From Laetmonice hystrix (taxonomy: Eukaryota): a stretch of DNA of 64,000 nucleotides. The position numbers and the translations under genes were made by a program. The DNA lies in contig OZ249436.1 in assembly GCA_965235115.1 (NCBI GenBank), positions 17,484,001 to 17,548,000 of the forward strand, read 5' to 3'. Below, piece after piece: positions 47,060-58,402 of the stretch (positions are counted from its first letter, which is position 1; each line of letters starts with the position of its first letter). The notes under the pieces were generated by a model. The model worked only from the letters and a program-made list of their open reading frames with translations, was not told where the DNA came from and did not search any database.

Positions 47060-49914
47060 TCTGTCTCTCTCTTTCTCCCTCTCTCTGTATTGCCCTCCCN
47101 NNNNNNNNNNNNNNNNNNNNNNNNNNNNNNNNNNNNNNNNNNNNNNNNNNNNNNNNNNNNNNNNNNNNNNNNNNNNNNNNNNNNNNNNNNNNNNNNNNNN
47201 NNNNNNNNNNNNNNNNNNNNNNNNNNNNNNTCTATACTACCATAATGCACGGCGCACCGAAGCAGACCTGGCTGGGAGGATCCCCTTTTGTTCAAAATGA
47301 AATGAAAAAGTTGAAAATACATTTACACGCCTTCTCCGGCCTTTTCTTTTACCGGTGCAAAATTTTATAACTTGCGAGCCTACGCATTATTAGCAGCACG
47401 TTAAGCACACATTTCACACAAAGACATCAATAACTATCCCGACATGGGGAGACTACATACATTGTACGCCAGAATCATACAAGTAGTCAGGTATATCACA
47501 GGAGGAGGGGGGTGAGATTTGTCAGTCGAAAACTAGGTTATTAGGGAGAAATGTTCGGTGTGACAAAAGTGGGCACAGTGCATGGGGCATGACAGTCCAA
47601 AAATTATGAATAAAGTGGTGCCCTCGAGAACGACAAAAGTGGGATAAAAGTGGTGACCTGTGACAAAGGTGGGCATTGTGTGCGACAAAAGTGGTGACCC
47701 AGCTGTAGTGTGACAAAAGTGGTAAAAATGACAAAAGTGGTTGCTACACCCGTGCACTCATGTCTAGATTTTACCCATCACACCCCGTGCACTCATCATA
47801 CAGCGCCAGCAGATACCACGGGAAGACTATAAAACGGGCGCTGTGGAGCCTGTAGATCTTAATATTTGAAGAATAACCGGAATCAGCGTGATCATGTGGG
47901 AAAGTGCGTTGGCTTGATGAATTGGTCAAGACGGGGAAATATAGGGATAGGTCTAAGTTACCAAAAAAGTAGTGTCAGCCTGCCGCTACTCATTTCATTG
48001 TAAATAGGACAATATTTCGGTGAAACCCTAGTCAGCACTAAAGCGGAGAACTGACTAGGGTGCCGACTTGTCTAACTAGGGCCAGGGTAGTTACGCCCTT
48101 TCCCTCCCGTCCTCGACGCTGATTGATTTCAAGACTCACCCTCAACAAATGCTCTAATCTCATCAATCTATGTCATCCTGCCTGACGTTTGTTTGACCTT
48201 CTAAACTCCGAGTATCGACCCTTGTATCAGTGCGCGGCAGTGATTCGCCGTCTGTGTCACTGCACGGGCATGATAACGGCTTAGTCAGGCATACATGACG
48301 TCACGCACTACGTCACGCGTCACGTAATGCGCTACGTCACGCGTCACGGCAAGCTGCATGCGCGCGGCATGACCACCTTGTCGGAGAGTAGACGGCTTCA
48401 GGTGTGGAAATGTCGATTTGGAGTAGATAGGCCTATATGTATTAGACCAATGCCTAACTCACCCCAGGACCCTATCAACTGAGCCGTACACATCTAACTT
48501 AGTCCCAGATTTACCGAATCTAACCGTGTCTTAGAATACTATATCTAGGACCTACTACATAGCATGGAGTTGTGGTTAGGCCTATTTAACATATACTACA
48601 CGTCAGGCCGCCCATCCTAGAGAACAGTGGCCGGGTTTCTCAGTCACATTTGGGATCCCAAAATAGTCACCTTCCTTCTTTTCTTTTTTTTTGGGGGGCA
48701 GGCATTTGGATCGACCTTTTTTCGGCCCAAATTAAGCAAGGTGGTTGAGAAACAGGCCCCTACAGTTTTAAGTAGGGGCGTAGGAAGCTGGGGGCAGAGG
48801 GGCTGCTGCCCCCCCCCCCCAATATTTATAAAATGACCGCATGGCTCAATGCAAAAGCATAGGCATAAGTCATTGTGCGTCACTTCTGCCCCCCCCCCCC
48901 CCCAATATTGTTTTCCTTTCTACACTACTGTTAAGGCCTGGTCATCTTGTATTTTGTAGCCTTATTAGGAATTCCTCTATAAGGCGAACCGTCTCGGCGG
49001 TCGTGACGTTAAAATTACCATAAACAAAGGCGGTATAAGGAACCAGCTGACATTTTGTTTAGACAGGGAGTGTATGGCTCCATGGACAGGGTGGGCTTTA
49101 TTCACGGAACCGACGCAGGAACTGAGACAAGCCAGGGAACATGGCAAATATTGGGATGATGATATGATATTGAATGTAACCACTGAATGACTGTTAATAA
49201 CAGACGGAATGTTTGCATATAACAACCCTCTTCCGCGGATCAACGTTTACTGAGTACTTGCAGTATTTGAATTCTCTATCCCCCTCACTGAATAACAGTA
49301 TCTGGACACTTGCCTCTTACTGAGTAACAGTATCTGGACACTTGCCCCTTATTGAGTAACAGTATCTGGACACTTGCCTCTTACTGAGTAACAGTATCTG
49401 GACACTTGCCCCTTATTGAGTAACAGTATCTGGACACTTGCCTCTTACTGAGTAACAGTATCTGGACACTTGCCCCTTACTGAGTAACAGTATCTGGACA
49501 CTTGCCCCTTACTGAGTAACAGTATCTGGACACTTGCCCCTTACTGAGTAACAGTATCTGGACACTTGCCCCTTTGAGTAACAGTATCTGGACACTTGCA
49601 TCTTACTAAGAGTAACAGTATCTTAACACTTGCCCCTTACTAAATAGGCTGAGTAAGATTACTTACAGACTTTCGACATCGCTGGGGATACCATCAGGCA
49701 GAGTCGCATCAAGTCCGTGCCGGGAGCAGTCGACGCCCATGATGACTTCGTCACACCGGCAGCGGCCCCTCGGACACGGCCATGGGACGACCTGAGTCCG
49801 GAGCCGGGAGGTCGGGTCGGACGGTAGAGGCGAGGTCGAGCAGGCGACCGGCCTGACCGTAATCATCATGACCGTAAAGAACGTAAAGACCAGTGTTGCT
49901 ACCATCAGGTACAT
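31363..49914 (-). CDS. Adhesion GPCR (LRR-LU-SEA-HormR-GAIN/GPS-7TM); 7TM is ADGRG-like; last exon unresolved, one exon partly in an N-gap
   Basis: Exons in minus-strand order: 49914-49667, 44953-44882, 44657-44586, 43751-43680, 43473-43402, 43307-43132, 42930-42836, 42270-42093, 41604-41486, (gap)40977-40780, 40444-40327, [40229-40221], 40123-40008, 37937-37706, 37473-37308, 37217-37062, 36837-36670, 34663-34526, 34210-34083, 33313-33190, 32756-32612, 31986-31917, 31754-31363. All checkable junctions are AG/GT and phase-compatible; more than 1080 codons. Confidence 0.93.
32030..32405. repeat. Degenerate intronic repeat of about 50-55 bp
   Basis: ACACCAGACACAGAG(A/G)GACAGGGG(G)TACATAGAAATGT.GGTCCTAT recurs about 7 times. 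Confidence 0.75.
32797..32905. repeat. G-rich repeat of about 26 bp, about 4 copies
   Basis: GGTCGAGGGGGCA(T/G)GGTGGAACAGGG. Confidence 0.8.
34526..40444 (-). CDS. aGPCR hormone-receptor domain + GAIN domain with GPS
   Basis: FCAG...C...CVQDAGGKPRWINSDVTSC (HormR); ASATRLIESMERLGNAL, VQFVIYSKFVFF, INSHVISAAV, NLTDPITVTLTH (GAIN); CVFWD...GWSTQGC...CQCDHLTNFALLM (GPS, HL/T site). Confidence 0.93.
34965..36703 (-). repeat. 53-bp minisatellite, about 33 copies, each containing the GAIN exon 3' end and its splice donor
   Basis: Minus-strand unit GACCCCATAACTGTCACTCTGACCCACACTAAG|GTAGGTGACGACATTATACC; the first copy is the real exon end (DPITVTLTHTK|). Confidence 0.95.
37960..39145. repeat. 32-bp C/A-rich degenerate intronic minisatellite, about 37 copies
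   Basis: CAAACCAAGTCAACCAACCACTGTATCCGGAA and variants. Confidence 0.93.
40780..41604 (-). CDS. aGPCR SEA-like domain, 2 exons (second begins in N-gap)
   Basis: YHIDVTYDLRVILHTSYDDNLDDSNSTTFHDTARDLEKQ matches the SEA N-half pattern (Y..L.D.NS..F...A..LE.Q). IRMTFRSRSSSIVMW...LRIDEEKVTLV matches the C-half. Confidence 0.75.
40978..41215. other. Assembly gap (N) hiding the 5' end of the second SEA exon
   Basis: Run of N abutting open reading frame. Confidence 1.
41573..41844 (-). repeat. 46-bp repeat x6 containing the SEA exon acceptor and first codons
   Basis: Minus-strand unit GAGTTGTATGATACAG|GTTACCACATTGACGTGACCTTTGACCTTC. Confidence 0.92.
42093..42930 (-). CDS. aGPCR Ly6/uPAR (three-finger)-like cysteine-rich module, 2 exons
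   Basis: LSCLTCDGGGNVEDCEQRGATRECSTGQ|DACHVDLRISTTNGSSMTSQCGTSSGCAALMSKNDVTCASKTCSLCCTSEEC. An N-terminal CxxC and a C-terminal CCxxxxC resemble LU domains. The exons are solid; the fold name is an inference. Confidence 0.7.
42953..43110. other. Assembly gap (N), intronic
   Basis: Run of N. Confidence 1.
43132..44953 (-). CDS. aGPCR LRR block: four 72-nt phase-2 LRR exons + LRR C-cap exon
   Basis: YLRSNGIKVLKSSEFSEFTRLKIL, DLQNNSISEIEPNAFRNLYQLEIL, NLYRNDLGVIRSYTFHHLVNLIKL and RLDKSNITKLPSDVFKLLPNLAEV are each exactly 72 nt. They are followed by TLGSNRILCDCHELRLQKWI...ATC...CP (LRRCT). Confidence 0.92.
43775..44397 (-). repeat. 32-bp minisatellite, about 19 copies, homologous to the adjacent LRR exon acceptor
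   Basis: Minus-strand unit GGGCATTTGTTCATGTACACTGCCACTTTCAG vs real acceptor GGGCATTTGTTTATTACACTACCTGTTTCAG|G. Confidence 0.9.
45061..45476. repeat. 38-bp minisatellite, about 11 copies; resumes at 47749-47795 after the transposon
   Basis: CCCCGTGCACTAATATCTTATAGACTTTACCCATCACA. Confidence 0.92.
45477..47748. mobile_element. Non-autonomous TIR DNA transposon, about 2.3 kb, Ginger-like termini (TGT...ACA)
   Basis: Left end TGTAACAACCACTTTTGTCATTTTTACCACTTTTGTC; right end is its near-perfect reverse complement. Subterminal CACTTTTGTCA motifs are repeated. Flanking direct repeat CCCGTG (45471-45476 and 47749-47754). No transposase ORF; contains (CT)n and an N-gap. Confidence 0.9.
47100..47230. 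other. Assembly gap (N) inside the transposon
   Basis: Run of N. Confidence 1.
49290..49640. repeat. 32-bp intronic minisatellite, about 11 copies
   Basis: ACTGAGTAACAGTATCTGGACACTTGCCCCTT. Confidence 0.93.
49667..49914 (-). CDS. aGPCR first coding exon: signal peptide + LRR N-cap
   Basis: MYLMVATLVFTFFTVMMITVRPVAC (hydrophobic leader) then CPRGRCRCDEVIMGVDCSRHGL (LRRNT cysteine pattern); donor CT|GTAAGT, phase 2. Confidence 0.85.
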
Positions 49915-52900
49915 TGTTCGTGTGAGGTGATCAGCACTCAGGGGGTGTTTATATTCTGGGATCAGCACTCAGGGGTGTTTATATTCTGGGATCAGTACTT
50001 CAAGGGATGGTCCGCTTGGTTTCCTGCCTCAGGAAAATCGTGTGGGACGGTCGAGGAGAAGGAAGAGGAGGAGGTGGAGGGAGGGAGAGAGGAGGGGGAG
50101 GAGGGGAGGGGAGGGGAAGGGGAGGGATGGAGATAAGGAATACAAAGAGATAGGAATTGGTAGTGTTTGAATGAGGCCGGGTAGTGCTGTCTGGATTCGT
50201 TCAATTTGGTCTGGTACTACTCCCGTGTCCGTCCAGAGTTCTAAAATTAGCACCGGGCGAGGACAGAATCCGCCATCCTCAATAATCTCCCTTTAATTGT
50301 ACGGTGGGTCTCCTTTAATTGACGTGTGCGGTGGTGCTCCTATAACTGGTGTGTACGGAAGATCTCCTTTAATTGATGTATGCAGGTCGTCTTTGATCCA
50401 GTCAAAGCCACACCAAACCACCGGATTCTGCAAATACATGGAAAACCGAATACAAGCGTGGTGGGAGTTTGATGATGGAAGCTACACGTTCTGCAAAATG
50501 TTGTAAAGAAATATGGCGCTGGTAGTGTAAACATGACAACAATAAACCACATCGTCATCTCAAATCCTCGCCTCTCTAACATGGCAGCACGCGACTATTT
50601 TAAGAGCATCCCATCCAAATGTGATTAAAGTCATCAATCGTTATAGTGGCTTGATAAAACCGTAGAATTATACGATCAGGTTGTTGATGGGTCCCACAAA
50701 ATAGCAAGAGTGGATGTTTAACTGCACCCACAGAATTCGGAAATTGCTACTTGAGGCGTTCGACCACCCGGGAGCCAGTGGTGATCAGTTTCTACTGAAC
50801 AGTGGCATCACTCCAAACGTGAACCTCAACAGGCAGCGAGATCTCCCTTTGAAAGTTTACGTGGGAGGAAATAACTCAATATTAAATAATGAGAAAAACT
50901 CCTTGAACATTTCTCTTCTCCGAATGACATAATATGTATATTATATATCTAGTATATTATACTAGATGTAGACGTTATGAAGCGTGACGTTCTCCTATAG
51001 TCTATAGTAATGGAGAACGTATCTAACTCTCTTTGCTGGATTTACTCATACATATTACTATGGCTTCTACACTGTTGGGCTTCAATTCTCCTGGCGTATC
51101 CGGAGAAAATAATCAACATGCAGCAAGACACTGACACTCACACAAGGCACGAATGGTAGGCCTACTCGTATCTAAAGATTTTTTGAGTGAAGATCCCAAC
51201 GGGCATCAGGCGTAACCTAGTTCACTTTCAGAATGTCCAGAAGGAACAAATTGTAGGACCGACCGAACCCCGTCCCTAAGATTACTGCACTCATTCGCAT
51301 AACAGTAGCAACGTCCATGTCAAGTCGGCCCACCACAAAAAGTAGGTGTTGGTGAAACAAGACAACGGACCCCTACAAACATAGTCCTATAGATGGACCA
51401 GAATCCAGGCTTTCCGACATGGTGCTATAGACACATGGCAAATTGAGTGTTTTTTTAATTGAGTGGCCGAAGGAGTAGGTCTTTAGCCCGGTATGCGGGC
51501 TTCTCCTGTATCATCGCATTTATCATCGTCACGTGACATAAAAAAGAGCAGGAATTGTTCCCGCCCTCGAGATGGCCAACAGTCGCGGACATGACGTAAA
51601 CTCACCAATGCCCACCAACCACTAAACACGACACAAAGATGTATTTTAAACATCAGACGTGTGCCTGTAGGTCCGTTCATGTGTGGGCCCAACACTCCGA
51701 GGTCATCAGTCCGAGGTCATCCAACTCAGGCGTCACGTCGGGTCAAAATATGCGGGGCTGATTTCATCGTATCACGTGACTATGAAAGCACTGTCCACTT
51801 TGAATCACGTTGGAGCAATTCTTGTCAAGGCCGTGTGTCGGGGTAGTTTTACTGATCTACGGCCGCACCGATGACCGACATTTGTTAATATGTAATGTGT
51901 AAAGTAGTTTTCTTTACATGTTATTTTTGGAGTGGTCATCTTTCAATTGTGTTAGGACGGACAGGAATGTTGTTTGCTTCTATCATAGAATAATGGGATT
52001 GTAACGAAGTTGTAAAGTGATACAGTACATGTACTCTGTAAAATAGTTCAAGTGTTCCCTCTGGATATTATGTGCAGGACTACTTACCCCCTTTTAAGCC
52101 AAGTTCCTCTCACCAAAACGTTGCAGGCCCCTGTTGGTGCCTCGGCTGCGGCAACTGTAGGATGGCCGGGGTTGCCTTTTAAATGTGAGTGCTACTCCTT
52201 GTATCGCAGTCCGTAATTTTGAGTCCGACTTTCACCGACACAAGTATCCGTGAGGCCGAACTGTGGAAGGCGTGGCTGAGAGCGACTGAACGCTGAGACC
52301 GAGTTAACGCTGAGACCGAATGAACGCTGAGAACGACTGAGCAAACGCCAGGTTGTCGTCTGCTGTCCCAGACAAACGTCGCCGCGCGCTGCCGTTAATG
52401 GCGTGACGTGATTAATTACGTGACGTTCTCTGACGCCGTCCACACTCCAGCCTGATGGAACGTCGCGCACCCACGGACCTTGAGAAATGCTGGCAAGGCC
52501 GATAAGGCACGCAACGTCAACTCCAACAGTCACCTCGCACCACGGCAAACTTGGGCCGACTTGTAAAGTGCTGCTTTCATGGACAACCACGGCATTTATC
52601 AAGGTTATAGAGTAAGATATTTATTTACATCTAACAAGAACACGGATGGCAGTACTATCGTTGTCAGATACGTGGGCAAATAGATCTCCGGCCGGAGAAC
52701 ATTATTGTGGGATAAAATGACTAAAACTCAACAAGAATCGTGGGTTCTGTCGGTTAGATTCGATGACGACTGTGGCCAGGCCCCGCCTCCAATGTCACGA
52801 CCTGAGATGATGGATCCGGGTTGGGGAGCTGGGGGCGGTGGTTGGGAAGGGGGGGGGGGGGGTCCCTATACCGCGTCCAGGAACGTGTCTGAAGGACGAT

Positions 52901-52933
52901 ACTTTGATATGAGGGTGAGGGGATACATTTAAC

Positions 52934-52934
<1 letters not shown>

Positions 52935-53001
<67 letters not shown>

Positions 53002-53098
53002 GTGAGGAAGGGAGGGAGAGAGAGATATGGGAGAGAGAGCGAGAGAGATGGGGGAGAGATGGAGAGGGAGAGATAGAGAGAAGGAGAGAGAGAGAGAG
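52935..53098. repeat. (AG)n microsatellite/purine tract (others at 27350-27470, 31120-31160, 40240-40315, 41216-41265, 46880-47098)
   Basis: Directly visible dinucleotide runs. Confidence 0.95.
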
Positions 53099-53458
53099 CT
53101 GCTCCAGCTTTTAAATGAAACAATCCACTCTGAGATGATATTTTTAAAGGCAGAATAAAGTGCGTGTGTTCCTGTCCAAGTTTGAGTTGGTTTATTTGGC
53201 TTTCTGAAAGCCACGACTTGAGGAGAGGCAGCTGGTAATACTACAATCAGTTCTTAAGTACCTTGGCCGTCTGATAAACATTCCAGAGTGACTCGCTACT
53301 TGATGTCACGTTCAGGAAATTCAATCTACGTGGTCAGCGGCGATATAATCGGATCAGGCAGCGTGGAGGACATCTCTGTGCGACACGCGACGCGAAAGGC
53401 CCCACTGACGACACGTAGCATGCGACGCGAAACGCCCCACAGACAACAGGCATTATAC

Positions 53459-54018
53459 CATTCGGGAATCTCTCGGCCATATCTTCGAAAGTAGCCTCGG
53501 GTGAAATAGGCGCCATTTTGAGCATTGCATCGCGGGTACATTTAGCTGGGACTCTCGCCAGCATGGCAGTGCTTGCAGTATTTTGCCTGCATCAGACATG
53601 GAAGCAACTAAAATAGGCCTCCAGTGTTTTCCCCATAGTCAGTGAGCAATATTACGAGAGTATCATGTTCATGATACAAGTAGTCGTACGATCTGTCGTG
53701 GTGCTGTCGTTCATGGGCGCAGCCATATTGCTTCCCATAATTTGATAAATTACCGTATCACGCCCATTTAGGTAAATTAGGTAATTGATTTTTTCAGTTC
53801 AAATGTTCCCCTTCATACCACAAAATATATATTTGCACATACGATGCCAAGAAGCAGGTTTCAATAATGCACTACTTCCTGGCTCGATGGGATATGACGG
53901 GTCACTCAGTGCCTCGCTACACAGGTCGATTTCGCCATGTATCTGGTTGCCAATGGCGCCCATTTCACCCGAGGGAATATGCAGATATGACGTCATATGC
54001 CCGAGGGAATCCCGAATG
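53459..54018. mobile_element. 560-bp MITE, CATTCGGGA...TCCCGAATG termini, 9-bp TSD
   Basis: Imperfect TIRs (CATTCGGGAATCTCTCGGCCATAT vs reverse complement CATTCGGGATTCCCTCGGGCATAT); perfect direct repeat GCATTATAC at 53450-53458 and 54019-54027. Confidence 0.85.
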
Positions 54019-55971
54019 GCATTATACGGCATGAATCCCGCCACATGAGGAGGAGGAGGAGGAGGAGCCAGGTGGGGGTCTACAGGACGTTTAAGACACA
54101 ATAAGACGATACATCGATCTTTCTTTACGTTCCATCAATTCCCACTTTAACCATGAAACTGAAAGCAAGGACCTTCAATGATCGCTGATTATCCTGAAAT
54201 GATCTCGGTAGAGAAACGGTGAATCTGTAAGTTTTAAACCATTCCTTGACACCGTTATGAGTAGCCGGCGGCTCTGTGCTCGGTCGTGATCGGGTAAGAT
54301 CGGTTCTGATCGGGTGCAATAATGACGGTCAAGGTCAAAGTTGTCATAGATCTCCGGTTTTGTTGTAGGCCTACAAGCATGTAATAAATGTTTAGGCCCT
54401 AGGTATGTCAGGAGTTTTAGAATATGTGGCCAGGCCCGATAACCTTCACCCTCACCCTGACCTTTGATCTATGACCTGGCCGACCCCGGACGAGTTAACT
54501 TGGTGACAAACTGATCCAAAATAAGTGAACACCCCCTTCCCACTGCTCACCCTCGTCACGCCCCACACTGGCCACTGAAGATCTCCTCGCGATCAAGGGG
54601 GGTGGGGGGGGGGGGGTGTTCAGGGGCGTCCACCTACAAATGGATATCCTTACCCCCCCCCCCCCCCCACTCCACCAACTGAAGATTCCGGTCGGAAGTC
54701 GTCTACAGACCAGCGTTCATATGTACAAGCCGGTTCGTTGACACACTGAGAACAATCATCGCCGGCGAGTTATCATGAGAAACTATTATGTCCAATGAGC
54801 GGGCCCTGCTGTATTGCCTTCATTTATTGCTTGAACTAATGCAAGTGTTTCCCTTTCATTCTCGAAGCGTCATGACTCAACCTGTTTTCCTCCTTTCTTG
54901 CGTCCAAGACAACTAAGTTTAGAACGTTAGTATGAGTGCGAGGCTGATACATGAACAGTTGAGACATTAGTCGCTAGGGGGAGCTATAGTGAAAGTATTG
55001 TCCTCGTTATTATTAGGCCTACATGTTTTTTAACGATTTTCATCTCAATATTTGACGTGGCGCTGATTTGTAGGAAACGTCTGGTCGTCACGTCGTAAAC
55101 TATGGATACCTTGAAGACGGAACACGCGGTCACGTCAACGCGAAATAATGACGTCAATTAACGGTGTGATAAATTGATAATGAATACAGCGTCCATGATG
55201 GTTATCAAACTGTGTCAACAAGACGCCAGCGTTAATGGCGACCCGGCGGTTGATGCGCACACAGCAGCCGGAAGTCACGTGATCGTAAAGACCCGGCGTG
55301 AAGTTTACCTCGACCACAAACACGTCGCTGCTCTTCCCCGTTGTCATGGTGACACTCGACCGCAGAAATCCAATTAATAGAGGGCACTGTGTCCTTCAAC
55401 TTCATAGAACGATGCATCGGCAAGTGTTGAGGGGAAACACGTAAAGTTTGACTTTGTGTCGAGAGGAGGAACATGATATGATTGATAATGTTGTCAAACA
55501 TTGTGAGTATAGATCTAAATACCGTGTCTCACAGTGTTGTCGATGTAAATGGCGGTGTTATATTGATACGATAAATGAGTCTATCAAACTCACCGGACCT
55601 ATTCCCACCCCTTTAGGGGGCGTCTGGTGCGTATAGCTCGAGTTTACACCTGCACTGTATACATACAGAGGCCATTCACTTCTTATACCTTCAGGTGCCT
55701 ATAGCTCGAGATTTCACCTGTCCTGTACCCTATTCGTACATATACACAGGCTATTCATTTCTTACCCCTTCAGGGGGCGCCTGGCGCCTATAGCTCGAGT
55801 TTGCACCTGCCCTGTATATATACACAGATCATTCATTTCGAGGAGGTCCCCGTCGTAACAACGATCCCCACGGTATTTCGTGAGATGAAACAAAATTCCA
55901 CATCTTTTCCTGACTAAGAACCTAACTCGTCATTTAACCCGGATTCCCAGACCACTGCAGTGGCCCCGCTG

Positions 55972-56425
55972 ACCGTACTGACCCAGCAGTGGCCCAGTAC
56001 TGACCCAGCAGTGGCCCAGTACTGACCCAGCAGTGGCCCAGTACTGACCCAGCAGTGGCCGAGTACTGACCCAGAAGTGGCCCAGCAAAGACTGTATGCC
56101 AAGAGATCCTTCAGATATCCTTATAATTGAGCATGCAGAAGTTACACAACACTGGCCCAGCAGTGGCCCAGTACTGACCCAGTGCTCAGTGGTCCAGTAC
56201 TGGCCCAGCAGTGGCCCAGCACAGATTGTATGCCAAGAGATCCTTCAGATGTCCTTATAATTGAGCAGAAGTTACACAACACTGGCCCAGCAGTGGCCCA
56301 GTACTGACCCAGTGCTCAGTGGTCCAGTACTGGCCCAGCAGTGGCCCAGCACAGATTGTATGCCAAGAGATCCTTCAGATGTCCTTATAATTGAGCAGAA
56401 GTTACACAACACTGGCCCAGCAGTG
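55972..56425. repeat. 22-bp repeat (about 5 copies) embedded in or next to a unit of about 130 bp (about 2.7 copies)
   Basis: ACCCAGCAGTGGCCCAGTACTG; ...TGTATGCCAAGAGATCCTTCAGAT... recurs near 56095, 56228 and 56358. Confidence 0.88.
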
Positions 56426-57032
56426 ATCGGATGTGACAAGGTTCTCAGAGTGAGTTACGGTGTACCCCTGTCATGGCACTGGACGGTCAAGATAAATGAC
56501 CACTGGTCACATAGATTCTGTGTCCACCCACCCAGTGCACGTCATGCACGCGCGTGCACGTGCTGGCGCAAACACGGGCCCAGCAGTGTTCAACACATGG
56601 GAAGAAACGTATCGGACGCCCCAGGTTAACAACAAAAGAAGAGAGAAAAGACCGCACCTTTTCTAAAAAGTTTAATGAACTGTTTTATCAGGCTGTACAT
56701 CAGTGAGTTGACTCTAGTTGATTATATTTACATTCCGAGAAATCCAGATCTAATCAATGTTTTATCCTGTCATTTTCCTTTGACCGTGTTCCGAAGCTTC
56801 GACAGTCTTCCAAGAGTCGTCTCAATTCCATGAATACATTTACCTTCATTTGCCATTTTACTAACGCATACAATAATTATATTAATCAATTTAATCTTTT
56901 TCAGTGATCGTGGAATCACCGATTTCTAGGGGTTTATTGGGGAAGAGGGGGAGCTATAGGAGGCTGTCATCGGGTCGGGTACACGATGCTAGTATAGTGT
57001 ATAATCTGCCCACCCTTTAGCAGGGCCGTGCC

Positions 57033-57501
57033 TAGCCTGGTCCCCGGTCTAAACACTACGTATACACTACGTATATAGAGCCTGGTGATGGCCAATCGAA
57101 GCAAGCGTTGTGATTGGCCCATCGAAAACATGGACGCAAACGAGGTATAGTTCCGTACCCTCCGTATTTCTCCAACAAGACACAAATATTTTCGTCAATC
57201 CCTTTAAAATACAAGTGTTAAATGTCCTCGCTTTTCTGGATGTAAACATAGCGTCAGCAGTCCCCACACCTGCTACGGTCTGCATACGCAGGGGCATGTT
57301 GCTATTGTTGGCCACTCCCGGCCACGCTCCAAGCAGAAGTCAATCACTCTGTTAACGCTGACCAACGGACCGGAGGCGGAAGTGATTAGCTCAGAGGCGG
57401 AAGTGCTTGGAGATCACCACTTCCGTTTTACAGCTTTCTGTTAGCCATCACCGGGCCTAACATCAAGCGGATGCGTATGGTAGGCACCGGGGACCAGGCT
57501 A
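57033..57501. mobile_element. 469-bp MITE, TAG...CTA termini, 9-bp TSD (AcademH- or MULE-like)
   Basis: Perfect 16-bp TIR TAGCCTGGTCCCCGGT / ACCGGGGACCAGGCTA; perfect flanking direct repeat GGCCGTGCC at 57024-57032 and 57502-57510. Confidence 0.88.
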
Positions 57502-58402
57502 GGCCGTGCCGGGGTGTAGGCCCCATGGGAATCATGATGTCACCCCAAAAAGAGAAATCGCCACACAAACCGGCAGTTTGCAGTCGACGCTCAAAAATAA
57601 CATGTGGAGTGACCTCTGGTGAGGTGACGGGGAACTACTCAATTTGCCAGATTCCACGATAGTGGCCAATGACAGGTTGTATTTGACTTGATCCCTGTCA
57701 CACCCATTCGGCCAACCTCGGGACTGTTCGGGACAGATCCTCTCGGCCTCACACGGCCGTCGCCATGTTGGACCTTCTTTTATCACGTGACACAACGTGG
57801 TCAAAATGGCGACGGCCGACACACCGACAAAGGTGAAAGACAAGCAGTGTCTGGCTTGTTTAAAAGCAGATCTCCGCTTGATACCTTTGATACCACGGAC
57901 GCGCTATCTCACTCGGGATTCCTTCGGGATTCCTTCGGGCGTCATTTCTAATATTGATACAAGCTAGTAAAATCGCAATATTTCATAAATACTGCAAAAC
58001 TGAATGTGTCGCGGCTGCTAAGAACGATCGAGACTGCAAATCTTCGGAAATTATCCATCTTTACCGATGAACAATCCCGCGTTAGGCCGAATACCGACAA
58101 CTACTTTGCGCACATACGCGAATTGTGATGTGCCCAAACCCGTGGAATCACTGTCATATCTCTACGGCTTGCGAGGTCCGAGACCACAACTAGCGAATCG
58201 ACGGGAAGTTGGACCGCGGTGTACCGAATGCGTCACACCTGGGGGAAGGGGGGGGGGGGCGTTCAGTAGTACGTTGTATTAGAAAACTTTACGAGTCTTT
58301 CCCGGCGTCGTGACGTTTGCGATCCTTATGTCCATACTCACCAGGTGGCGCCAGTTATGTCCTCAAACTGGCACTCACAGCACATGCCGCTGGGGGTTCG
58401 CG

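Noticed and set aside
57826-57967. Short ORF MATADTPTKVKDKQCLAC... resembling a zinc-finger N-terminus
   Set aside because: Stops after about 53 codons, runs into a MITE-like scrap, and has no supporting exons.
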